A stretch of 64,000 bases of DNA, from assembly GCF_009914755.1 (NCBI RefSeq), contig NC_060937.1; one strand, given 5' to 3'. The position numbers and the translations under genes were made by a program. A model generated the notes under the pieces. The model was not told the DNA's origin. It was given only the letters and a program-made list of their open reading frames with translations, and did no database searches. Below, piece after piece: positions 40,491 to 53,950 of the stretch. Source of the stretch: the human T2T-CHM13v2.0 reference genome, Homo sapiens. Position 1 is the stretch's first letter; each line of letters begins with the position of its first letter.

Positions 40491-42737
40491 AAGATAATGA
40501 ATGCATCAGGAAAATAGGGTGATTTATTCTAAAGCACATTATATGCCCAAAAATGGCCAAGATTCTGAGGCTATTTAACTGATTTCCATTGAGTGAGTGC
40601 CTCTGAATAACTGAAGTCTAACTGAAGTCCAGAATTCAGCCTACCTAAAAACACTTTGAATGTTGATATTTCAAAGGCTTGTATTCCCAAGAGTTTCTTT
40701 GAATTTGTAAGAAGTAAATTACTAAATCAGATTTATATGTATGAGGTGATTTTATTCCCACCTGAGGATGCTGAAAAACAGATATAAATATTTGTCTATA
40801 GAGAATGGTATGCATATTTATTGAGATCTTTAGTTTACTTTTAACATACGTGTTCAAAGAAATCACAGGCATGCTGCTGTCAGTTTTCCAGCAGTTCTAA
40901 ACATCAATAAAAGTAACCAAACAGGGTGCATATTTTTATTGGAAGCCTGGTTTAGCAACTTTAGAAATATTTTTAGTAGGAAAATATCATAAAAGTATCA
41001 CAGCCATTCTGTTACAAATTCGGCTAATATATTATCTAAGGGAAATAACCCAAATTTCTCTCCTACTCACAGAAATTCCATACAAATTTGTGTGTGCGTG
41101 TGTGTGTGCACACATATGTATGTGCACACATTTGAGGCTTATAAGCTCAATCGTATTTCACAGGAATGAACACTAGTTCTTTTAGATTTTAAAGCAGATT
41201 AATGATATTAATATTGAAGTTTACCAGAAGATTCCTGAAATTTTCTAGAACTGATTACAGAATGTTTGAGATGGTACACTTGACTCATTAACTTATTTAA
41301 ATACTGAGTGATCCCAATTCCTTTTTAAGACCAAGACAATGCTGGTTTTCTAATTTCTCAGTCAGGAAAGGAAATAGAACAAGACCAGCTTTGTGATTTA
41401 CCTCCAGCGAACTGCATGGTGAAAAGAAGTTTTAGAAATCCCACTGTAGAAGACTGTATGGAGACACAGAGAAAAGGAAGGAGCATGTAAAACAAGCTGA
41501 GCCTTCCTACCCCTGCTTCCATCTCACGGACTCATAGTGGAGACACGATCCGCAGATAGCTGCCCCCAGAGGCCCCTTTTGTTTCAAGACTTTCTCGAGC
41601 TGAGATTACTGACCCCGCCTCATGGAGATAAGAGAGACCTAAGATACGTCTCTTGTCTCCACTCATTTTATTACAATTTATTTTGTTATCACTTGATATA
41701 TAACATGAGTCCTATTCTTCCCCCTTAAATAGGGGAGATCTCTAGGTAACAATGTGAGAAAGTAAAACAGGCAGTTTTCATAATTCTGCTTGGTAAACCT
41801 TTTCCTGAACAGAGTTTCAATGCAGAGGAAAGAAGTAGATGGCATTTGAATATAGAATTCTTATTTTTAGGGACAATACACAGGTTATGTTAGACTCCTA
41901 TCAAATCAAGTAATTACCTTCTCTCTGGCTATTAGGTCCTTTTCCCATTTTTTCTTTCTTTCTTTTTGTTCAGTTAATCTTTCAGAGAGACTTCAAGGCC
42001 CTAACTGTCTTCCTAGAAAACCCCAAAACTAACGAGGAGTAAGCTTTTCAATCAACACTTTCATATAAAAGCCCAGGTCAAGGATCACATTACCTAGAGC
42101 TTTGCTGACAGACTGGCAAACTTTACTCTAGGAAGTGTAGCAAGATTCATTTCCCCTGGTTCTGGGTCAATAGGTATAAAACAATATGATTCGCTTCTCT
42201 CTTCGTTCCTATAGTATTTCTCCTAAGACCTGATCCTCATGCTTCCAAACAGGAAACAGGAGGACTGTTGGGATTAGCCTGTCACCTGGTCACTTAACCC
42301 CACTCTCAGCAGCCTCTAGTTGTGACAGACGGACCAACAAGGAACTCCCCACAAGCTCCCTTTCCAGGGCTTCTACCCCAAACTGTTGTCATGAAAGAAA
42401 AACAAGTCCAACTGCACTTGTTTATCACAACGCTCCTACCTCATTTGGAAAGAAAAATAAACAAGAATTAGTGAATTTTTATAGACTGATTCTGCAGGAG
42501 AAAAATTAAATAGATGAATTATTATCACTTTGTTTTGGAGTCTTCCATGATCCTTCAGATAACAAATTCCATGAAAGAAAGGAAAACTTTCTCATCAAGT
42601 CATAATTTTATATTTTTTTAAATAAAATTTTCCAAAAAAAGTAACATGGTATAAAAGTGTAAAAGCTTAAAGAAATATATCTGGGCTTTGAGACTCCACT
42701 GAATATATCAACATATACTTTCTATTTTGCAAAATAG

Positions 42738-43191
<454 letters not shown>

Positions 43192-43493
43192 TGTTCATCT
43201 TTTCTTTCACCTTTATCACTGTGAGTGACCTTGTGATGCACAGTGTGGTCAAGGGGTGAGTTTAAACAAGTATTCATCCCATTAGTGTACAATATAATAC
43301 TCAGAGTCATAAATCAAGTGCTACACACGGTCACATCATCAAAATTCATCCTTTTTTTTGGCACATTTAATTTTTAAATCACTTACACAAAAATTTAAAA
43401 AATTCAAAATTGTTATTATTTTTGTTTCTCCGATGTGTGACTGACAAGCTTTTTCCCTCAGTCACTCTCTCTACCCGCCACCTCTCTCTTTCT

Positions 43494-43497
<4 letters not shown>

Positions 43498-43537
<40 letters not shown>

Positions 43538-43571
43538 GTACACACACGTATATATGTACTATATATATATA
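43498..43571. repeat. (CA)n / (TA)n microsatellite
   Basis: Direct reading. Confidence 0.9.
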
Positions 43572-44562
43572 GTGTCAAATGAACAAATGAAAGAAAATGG
43601 CTCCTCTAACTCCATCCAGCTCAGTGCTTCTAAATAAGGATGTTGCTTTTTGACTTTCGCCCTACCCTCCTCTGGGACGCTGGGTGCCAGTTGGATAGCA
43701 TATCCATAGCTCTCACTTGAGAAAGCAGGAAAACTTAAAAATATTTGCCATTTTTCAACATTCTCCCCTTTCCTCTCCCTCTGCACATCCGGGGTAGATA
43801 CACCAAGTACTCATGGTACTGCTATTAGTACTTTCTAAATGCTGCCTACACAGAAAGTTGTCTCCATTTTGCCTGCTTGTGTGCTCCCAGAGCTTAGCTT
43901 AGACCCAAGCTTCCCTATCAGAGCACTAGCAAAGATCTACAGTGAGGTGGCTTCAGGCTGCTAGCCTACCCTATTTCCTGCAACATCTTCCTCAGCCCGG
44001 ACTTGGTACTCTGTCATATTGTCTGCGGGACACATGCCCCAACAAAATCACAATTTTTTTTTTTCATTTAGATACTGTTATTCTAAAAAGTGGCATTATG
44101 CTATGGAAACCAAAAGTAACAACAATGTATTGAAATCAGATGACATTACAGATGTAATGAGGGACATTTGTCCCATGTGAACCTTCATGGCCATGTAATT
44201 ACAGAAGACCAGCATGACTGGCGTGTCCGTGTGGCCACAGACAGCTGCAGGAGGAGTGCCATATGGGCTCCAATGCTTGCCCCACATGCGTATCTTTTAC
44301 AAAACAAGCATTTGTTATTTGATTTTTCTCAGATGTGCCTTTCCCTGACTATCTAATATGCCAAAGAACCAATGCAGAAGTTACTTCTTTTGACTACAAA
44401 TATGGCTGTAGATTTACTGAGAGTTTGTCTAAAAAGTGTAGAATTACACCAAAACAACGTTGATCTAACCCAAGGTTCTCTTGGAGACAAAGTAGGAGAA
44501 GCTGCATATCTGCTTCCTTCCCACAGGAGCCACAGATCTGCAGAGCAGCTTCAAGAATTCTT

Positions 44563-44725
44563 TGTTTTGTTTTGTTTTGTTTTGAGATGGAGTCTCGCTC
44601 TTTTTTTTAGTAGAGACGGGGTTTCACCGTGTTAGCCAGGATGGTCTCGATCTGCTGACCTCGTGATCCACCCGCCTCGGCCTCCCAAAGTGCTGGGATT
44701 ACAGGCATGAGCCACCGCACCGGCC
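44563..44725 (-). mobile_element. AluY/Sc-like with most of the right monomer deleted
   Basis: Tail plus gagatggagtctcgctc joined directly to ttttttttagtagagacgggg (left arm). Confidence 0.9.
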
Positions 44726-44946
44726 TACGAATCCTTCTTAGAATGTTCATCCCATCTTCTCCGACCTCTTGCCTTGATCATCTTGTGGATTTCCAATACT
44801 CTGTAGCCAATTCTCTGACCTACTTTCCTAACTTCTTCACACTTTGCCTTAGCACTAGTTCAGAACTAGTCCAGGGACACTGTGGATTCTTCTTACGCAG
44901 GCAGAGATCAGTGGAAAAAAATGAGAGTATGAAATGAAACATCGTT

Positions 44947-45198
44947 GGCCAAGCGCGGTGGCTCACGCCTGTATTCCCAGCACTTCGGGAGGCCGAGGCG
45001 GGCGGATCACGAGGTCAGAAGATCGAGAGCATTCTGGCTAACACGGTGAAACCCCGTCTCTACTAAAAATACAAAAAATTAGCTGGGCGTGGGGTGGGAG
45101 GCGGAGCTTGCGGTGAGCCAAGATCGTGCCACTGCCCTCCAGCCTGGGCGACAGAGTGAGACTCCGTCGCAAAAAAAAAAAAAAAAAAAAAAAAAAAA
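44947..45198 (+). mobile_element. AluY with ~55-60-bp right-arm deletion
   Basis: gggcgtggggt|gggaggcggagcttgc; TSD gaaatga(a/g)acatc(g/c)tt at 44931-44946 and 45199-45214. Confidence 0.95.
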
Positions 45199-45371
45199 GA
45201 AATGAGACATCCTTGAGGGGCATTTCTCTCTGTAGAAGGGAGTTTAAGTTTCCATGTGACCACCTGGAACAGGTGGTTTCTGTCCTCCAAGAGACCACGT
45301 CCCATCTGAACTCAGAATCCCGGGAATGTCAGACAAAATTTCTTCCTTCTGACGAAACTTGAGTAAGAGAG

Positions 45372-45893
45372 GGAGTGTTCTCTGTATCCAGAGCCCACCA
45401 AGGACACACCCCTGGTTAACAAGTTGGTTTTATACCAGTTGCTATGAGGGGGAACACACAACATGGGCAGGTGTCAGAATGGCTTGACTGTGGGACTCGG
45501 ACTGTTTGATGATTTGGGGAGATGGTGAAGAGTTGGGGATTTCCTCTAGATCTGATGTTGTCAGGAAATGGAGATCCATGATTAGATATCTTAGTAAATT
45601 TTAACTGAGAGAGAAAACCATCCAAAGGTTGAATCTTTAATTGGTAAAAAGCAGTAGTCACTCCTAGTGGCCAGGCTAGGGGGATGTTGGGTCACTCTTG
45701 TGGCTTGGACAATGCTAGTGTCTACCTGGATTCAGACATGATTACAAAGTGGTCTTGCTTTTGACTTATCTGCCGTGATCATAGTAGCCTGGCCTGAAGT
45801 TGAAGTGGTTTATGTTCAACTGAGGGACACCATTGCCCAGCTGTGCGTGCCAGGCCAGCTCCTGGATGCCAGCTGCTGCTTTTCTCTTCCTCA
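45372..45893 (-). mobile_element. MER90/MER89-like ERV1 LTR (3' LTR)
   Basis: Minus strand PPT aaatcaaggggac then TGaggaag...ggagctggcctggcac.cacagct...gttgaacataaac...caagaccact..gtaatcatgtctgaa...cattgtccaagccacaa...ggtgtgtccttggtgg. Confidence 0.7.
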
Positions 45894-46282
45894 GTCCCCT
45901 TGATTTGGCCAAAAGCAAACAAGTTAGGCCACAGGGTCTTAATCAGTCCCCTCGGATTTTCACCATGCCTGATATTTTTCTGTGCAGGAAGTTGTTTAGA
46001 GAACACAGTCTGTGGTTGGACTTGGATTAATTTCTCCTGCTTCAGGAGATTTGTGGGATCATTGGACATGACAGTAGCTGCCTAGTAGCACTTTAGAGTC
46101 TGTACAGGACACTTCAACTGATTGCAACAAAAGCAGTTATCAGGGAAAACAAAAAACAAACAACTCTTAGTCCTTGAAACAAGTTTTGAAGCCAGGGGTG
46201 GAGATTATAAAACCCAGTGAATCCAGCTGAATCTGTTTTAGAGAACCAGGTGACTTTCTTTTTTCTTAGTTTCATCATGAGC

Positions 46283-46495
46283 TTATTTGTCCTGCAGTAT
46301 GTAGATGTAATGAAAAGTGTTCCCTATAACATGGATTTCCTCTTGGCTAGTTAAGGGGAAAACAAGCTCTATGTGATTATCTGTAAGAAGAGTGGTTTGT
46401 TGGATTTTTAGGCTTTTGTTAGAGTCAAGGAGAGATTTTGGACTAACTTTCCATTTCAGTATTTCTAACGCGACAATTGCTGTTGACCACAGCAT
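46283..46495 (-). pseudogene. Retroviral env TM remnant (heptad repeat, immunosuppressive domain, decayed CX6CC)
   Basis: TDNHIELVFPLTSQEEIHVIGNTFHYIYI aligns without gaps to the class I TM pattern LDNRIALDFLLAxQGGICAIANTSCCTYI. Confidence 0.7.
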
Positions 46496-46767
46496 GCATA
46501 TAGATTTATCACAATTGTCACTTCAGGAAATTTTATAAATAGACTTGTATAGACCTCACTTTAAAAGTTTCTGGGTAATTTTTCAACGGAAATATTATCA
46601 ACGGGAGGTGTGATAACTTTAAATATTTGCAGACCTCTAACAATTATCCTGAGCCCACGGAATGCTTCTGTGTGATGGGCAGGTGTCAGTCTGTTGTCAA
46701 TATAGGAAAGAATGATCTGGCGATACATGGACTGCATTAGGAATGAAAGTATTGTTTACTGCAATAG

Positions 46768-47098
<331 letters not shown>

Positions 47099-47488
47099 GA
47101 AGACAAATTTTTTGAGTCAATTTTAAATAAAGTGTCTGGAAGAAAACAAATTCAGCAAAGTGGTCAGGGTAGCCCCAATGTTAGTGTTCTCAGGATTGAC
47201 CAGTCCTTGTTGATAGGACTGTAATGACCTCAGCAGAATCATTTTGATAACACGAATTAAGGTTCATATCTTAGAAGACTGAAGGTTGGTAGTAGTAATG
47301 TGAAGGAAATTTAGGTATTAGATGGCAATATAAAAAGGGAATCTATTCTGTGAAGAATTTGAAAGAACACCTTTGGGGGTGTGGTCTCAGACCCAGCAAA
47401 CAGTATTTAAGAACCCATTTTTCCCTATAGGCTTAGAAAAATGTTCAGAGCTTTGGGTTTCCTCACGTCAAAGAAGAAAACCATAGAA

Positions 47489-48110
47489 ATAAAATATAAA
47501 TATACATTTATATATTATTATATAAATGTATATTATATAAATATATATTAATATATTATATAAATGTATATTATATAAATGTATATTATATAAATATATA
47601 TTAATATATTATATAAATGTATATTATATAAATATATATTATATTATTATATAAATATATATTACATAAATATATATCTATATATTATATAATATATATT
47701 TATATATTATATTATATATTTATATATTTATATATTATATAATATATATTTATATATTTATATATTATATAATATATATTTATATATTTATATATTTATA
47801 TATTAAATAAGATGTATTTATATATTATATAATATATATATTTATATATATTATATAATATATATTTATATATTTATATATTATATTATATATTTATATA
47901 TTATATATTATATAATATATATTTATATATTATATAATATATAAATATAGTTATATAATATATAAATATATAATTAATTTATAAATATATTAATATTTAT
48001 ATAATCATATTTATATAATGTATATTTACATTGTATATATTTATATTTTATTATATTATAAATATTTATATATTTATTTATATTTTTAAAAATTTATATG
48101 TATATATGTG
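47489..48110. repeat. ~620-bp AT-rich degenerate minisatellite
   Basis: Almost pure A/T with repeated units such as tatattatataaatgtatattatataaat and tatatattatataatatatattt. Confidence 0.95.
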
Positions 48111-48299
48111 TGATAAAAAAGAATGATTATTATTAGTGCTCTAAAGGTGGCCAGATTAGTGGTAGAGTGAAGAGATAGAAAAGTGTGTGAATCAGAAATT
48201 AATCTTATTTTACATCTCGGGTGGAAAATATCTGCTTCTGTAGTCAGTGGCTTCTGAAAGCCTCCAAGGAATCCTTGGTCAGGAAGCAGTGAAGTATGT

Positions 48300-48555
48300 C
48301 TTTTATGTGAATCTGAAGATCAAAACCTTGAATTTTCCTGATACGTCAGTCATTCACAGTACCTGGTGAGATCTTTTTCATTGAGGCTCAAGGACAGCTT
48401 TTCTCTGACACCTTCACAGTCTTGCCAGGGTCGCACCGTTGGCGGGCAGTGTGTGCCTTGGAAACATTGTCTGCAATGCATCTTGCAGTGAGCCCACCAA
48501 TGTCAGGCCATCAGTCTCTGCTCTTGTGAAAAATATTGTGAAACATCTTTGCTAA
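48300..48555 (-). pseudogene. Retroviral integrase remnant (HHCC region joined to C-terminal domain)
   Basis: Hand translation: LAKMFHNIFHKSRD..HWW..IADNVSKAHTARQRCDPGKTVK, then QRKAVLEPQ*KRSHQVL*MTD..QGFDLQIH (cf. LEPRWKGPYQVLLTT..WIH). Confidence 0.7.
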
Positions 48556-48716
48556 AATTCGATTTTCAGAATAGCCAACTTCTTAGATAATCTTAATGCA
48601 TATCAAGGCTTTTTAATTGTCCATTTATTTTAGAGAGGTTTTTGGAGATGTCAGGCCATTTCTTGGTTTCTGAAGCAGGTTGAAGATATTGACACATCTA
48701 AAATCATGTACCTACT

Positions 48717-49133
<417 letters not shown>

Positions 49134-50417
49134 TTATTTAACGATTCTCCTTCAGTCAGTTGTTTTCTGTATTCAGTTACTTAATTCTCATCCATATATT
49201 CTGGTCTTACCTACGAAATCTGAGAAAAGGACAGGTTCTGGAAAGATTTCTTAAGATATAGACATATTCAGTAAAGAAACAGACTTGGGATGACCAGGCT
49301 GAATTGTTAATAAGACATGGAATGGCTAGCTTAAGAGCAAATATACAGAAGTTAATACAGAGGGGGGATAATAGGATTGGCTTTATTACTAGGGTAATAT
49401 ACCAGGGATATGAGTTGATGTCTCAGTTTATGTAGTTTACTTGTTTTTTATTGTTTTCTTTAAATCTCTTGGTGGATTTCCTAGTTTCCCTAAGTATAAC
49501 ACTTCAGCATATCTTAAGAGACCTGTAGACGTCCTTCTTTGAATGATATAACCACAAGAAGCAGCTATGGATCTCAAGAAGCGATCTGCGATGGTCCAGA
49601 ACTGCAAGAGTGGGCCCATTCCTGGGGATCGCGACGGAAAGGAAGGTTTCTATGAAGAGCCGGGCTTGCTTTGCAGAGCTGACGTTTTGTTATTGAAGAA
49701 ACCTTTTCAAACTGGAATTTGGAGAGGCATTTTCACTTCTTATAGATCTTGAAGGCATTTTCGTTTCTTGTAGAATGCTCAGACACTAGATTTCTCATAA
49801 GCATCATTTAAAACATGTTACATTTCAGAAAAAGTTGACCAGAAGCGTTCAGTTTTTGCCTGCCTGTTTTTAATACCTCATGATGTGCTATTGGGATTTA
49901 TGGTTTCACTTGTCATATTGGCACCTGCGATGGAGAAGATCATTAAAAACTTTTTTCAAGTTTTCATTTATTGTACCCATAGAAAAATTATATTTCTATT
50001 AATTGTAGTTGGAAAATTTTGAAAAGTGTGTTGTAAGCCATTCCAGATAATATCTTTCTTGTTGTATAGCTATTACTCAGACCTATCTAAAGAAACGGTT
50101 GAGTGTGAATTACCTCAAAAACAAAGTAGTCACTTTAAAATTTGAAATGCATTATGCACCTGAGGTGCTGACAGCAAAGCCCGTGCCAGGCATTTGATCC
50201 ACTGATACCCATTTTCCAAGTACTCCAGATCCTTAGATCTGCGTCTCTTCCATTTTTGCTGTGGCCAACTTTCAAATAAGGGATCGGGAAACAGTTTAGT
50301 GATCATAAATCACATTGATGGTTGGAAAAATAAAAAGTGTTCCTTTGCTTCTTCAGATGTGTTTCCATACATTTTTACACATCTTTTGGCTAAATCAAAA
50401 ATCCAGATGCAAAATGA

Positions 50418-50905
<488 letters not shown>

Positions 50906-51867
50906 TTATTCAGCCAAAATACCGCATTCGCTGCAGTGGATAATATTAAGGAAATATTTTGACCTATTAAACGGTACATAGTAACAGCTTCACTTTGACT
51001 TTTAAAAAGTCCAGTCTTTCTGATAGGACAATTGACTATTCTTTCCTTATTTCACCTTTTCTTTATTTCCCAATGTATTTTTAAATAATAAAAGCATGTT
51101 ACTTTTCTAATCATAAAAATATATTTAAAAGTCCCTATCCTGTCTTGGAGACGCTATTTAAATCCTACTGTTGTCCCTGGTTCATCCCCTCATGACAACA
51201 CCTTCTCCAGCTCCCCTCTAGCACATATTTCTGGTGGTGGGGACTCCTCATTTGATGTTCATGTGTTAAGTATCAATTTGAACATAAGTCATTTTTTTCC
51301 CGATGTAATTGCAGGAGCATTGGCTGTCAGGATAATTTATGCAGGCTTTGGTATGTCTTGGAGTAGTAATACAACATTAGCACAAAGTAGATATTTGGTG
51401 CACACTAAGCTTTCTCTTCTGACGTTTCTTCTCCCTGCTTTCCGTAGCCCTCTTTCTATGCCTTTTTAAGGGGAGGGGGGGACAAAAGAAAATGTACCAA
51501 ATTTCAAACCCTTAAACTCTGGCTTAGAACATTTCTGTCAGGCTTACTATCTTTATATTCCTACCACCCACTCTGAACTTCGTCTTGCATTGAGTAAACA
51601 CCTTCCCTCCTTCTTGTAGAATAAAGTCTCTATTTATTACCGCCAATCTCCAGATCTCTGTCCCCACCTCAATCTTAATCTGGAGAGAAAGATAGTACTT
51701 TTATTAACTTTATGTTGGATAATAATACAATGGTGGTTATTTTAACAGCTGAAATGTTCTAGTTTCTTAGGGTCTTACCTTTATTTTACTAAGCATATTT
51801 CCTTTATTTATACTTATAATTAATTGTGCTCATTTTGTTATTTTATTTTACTTTTATTTTTGCTTGT

Positions 51868-52268
51868 TGTGATGGTTAATACTGAGTGTCAACTTGATTG
51901 GATTGAAGGATACAAAGAATTGATCTTGGGTGTGTCTGTAAGGGTGTTGCCAAAGGAAATTAACATTTGAGTCAGTGGGCTGGGGAAGGCAGACCCACCC
52001 TTAAACTGGGTGGCCACAATCTAATCAGCTCCCAGCAAAGCTAGAATATAAGCAGACAGAAAAATGTGAAAACAGAGACTGGCCTAGCTTCCCAGCCTAC
52101 ATCTTTCTCCCGTACTGGATGCTTCCTGCCCTCGAACATCAGACTCCAAGTTCTTCAGTTTTGCAACTCAGACTGGCTCTCCTTGTTCCTCAGCCTGCAG
52201 ATGGCCTGTTGTGGGACCTTGTGATCATGTGAGTTAATACATAATAAACTCCCCTTTATATGTATGTA

Positions 52269-52307
<39 letters not shown>

Positions 52308-52357
52308 ACATATATATATACATATATATACATATATATATATATTCCACTAGTTCC
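51868..52357 (+). mobile_element. MLT2A1 LTR (ERVL) with expanded (TG)n(TA)n; extreme 3' end missing
   Basis: tgtgatggttaatactgagtgtcaacttgattggattgaagg...ggatgcttcctgccctcgaacatcagactccaagttcttcag...aataaactcccc. Confidence 0.92.
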
Positions 52358-52379
52358 ACTTAACATTTCAACCCCAACT

Positions 52380-52620
52380 CCTACCTCTGCTTACATCCCT
52401 TCTCCTTATCTTGATGTGTTTGTTTATTGTTCTATAACATGTCACAATTTTACATACCCACTGTGTTTACTGTTAATGTTCTGCCTTCTCATGATAACAT
52501 GTGAGCCTTAGGAGATCTGGATCCCTTGTCTGTTTATACACAGATGTTACCTTAAACACGTATAACAGCAAGTGGCATATAGTAAAGTACAATAACTTTT
52601 TATAAAGTCTGAATAAACTC
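52380..52620 (+). mobile_element. L2 3' end
   Basis: tgtgagccttaggag...cttgtctgttta...aacagcaagtggcatatagta...tgaataaa. Confidence 0.6.
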
Positions 52621-52984
52621 CACCAAAATTCCAATGCCACTGGACACCTCCTATTTCAGATGGTGAATCTCATGCTTCACTCCCAACTTGCCCAACCTTA
52701 AATCTGCATTTTCCATCCTGCCTCAAACTCTGGGCTTCGGGCACTGAAGAAACACCCACTCCAGAATCAGTATCAAGGACACGTGTTCAGTAAGTATCTC
52801 TTAGAAATAAAATAACATTCTAGGCTTTAGAATTCAAATAGTTTAAAATACATCTCTTAAATGCCACAATATTGTAATCTAAGTGAGAAGACCATGCACG
52901 GTAGCAGAATATACATGGCCAAGGAAGGAGAGGTGGGTATGGGATGGGGGGAAGATAAAATACTGCTCCCCGTTTAAAACACAC

Positions 52985-53950
52985 ATTACACCACCACCAC
53001 CATTACTGTCAAGCACATCATCATTGCCTACCCCCACCAATACCATCACCGCTATCATCACCAGTATTACCACCACCACCGCCGCCACAAACACTACCCT
53101 CACCACCACCACCACCTTCACCACCACCATTACAACCACCACCATTACCACTACCACCACCATCACCACTAACATCACCACCACCTTTATCACCATCAAC
53201 ACAACCACCACCTTCACTATCCCCATCACCACCACCACAATCACCTTCATCACCACTACCTTCACAACCACCACCACAACTGCTAATCACCACCATCTTA
53301 ACCACAACTACTATCATCACCACTACCATCTACCTTGGCAACCACAACCACCACCACCACCTTCACCACCAACACCAACACCACTACCACCTTCACCATC
53401 ACCATCACAACCACCACAATTACTGCCACCACCATGACAACTGTTACCACCACCGGCATCGTCACCACCACCACCACCACCACAGTCGCCATCTGCACCA
53501 CCAACTTCTTCACCACCAACATCATCACCATTACCACCATCACCACCACTTTTACTACCATCACTGAAATCATCACCATCACCACCATCACTGTCACTAC
53601 CACCATGATCATCACCATCATTATCATTACCACCACCATCACCTCCACCACTTTCACTGCCACCACTACCTTCACCATCACCACCATTACCATCAACACC
53701 AAAACTGAAACCACCACCACTACAACCATTACCACCACCACCACTGAAGCAATCACCACCACCCCCCTCACCACCACTCCCACCACCCCATCACCTTCAC
53801 CACCACCACCGTCACCATTACTACCATCACCATCACCACCATCCTCACCAGCACCATCAGCACCACAACATTAATCACCATTACCACCACTATCACCACC
53901 ACCATCAGCACCATCAACGCCACCACCATCCCTATCACCATCACCATCAA
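52985..53950. repeat. ~960-bp degenerate (ACC/ATC/ACT)n triplet array
   Basis: Continuous caccaccat/accatcacc units; produces poly-Thr and poly-Val pseudo-ORFs. Confidence 0.95.

Noticed and set aside
40609-40630. 11-bp tandem duplication taactgaagtc x2 (and similar ones near 12215, 20720 and 27090)
   Set aside because: Ordinary slippage duplications, expected at this frequency
46283-46495. Domesticated syncytin-like gene
   Set aside because: Only 70 codons, CX6CC cysteines lost, and the upstream env is broken by an Alu and stops
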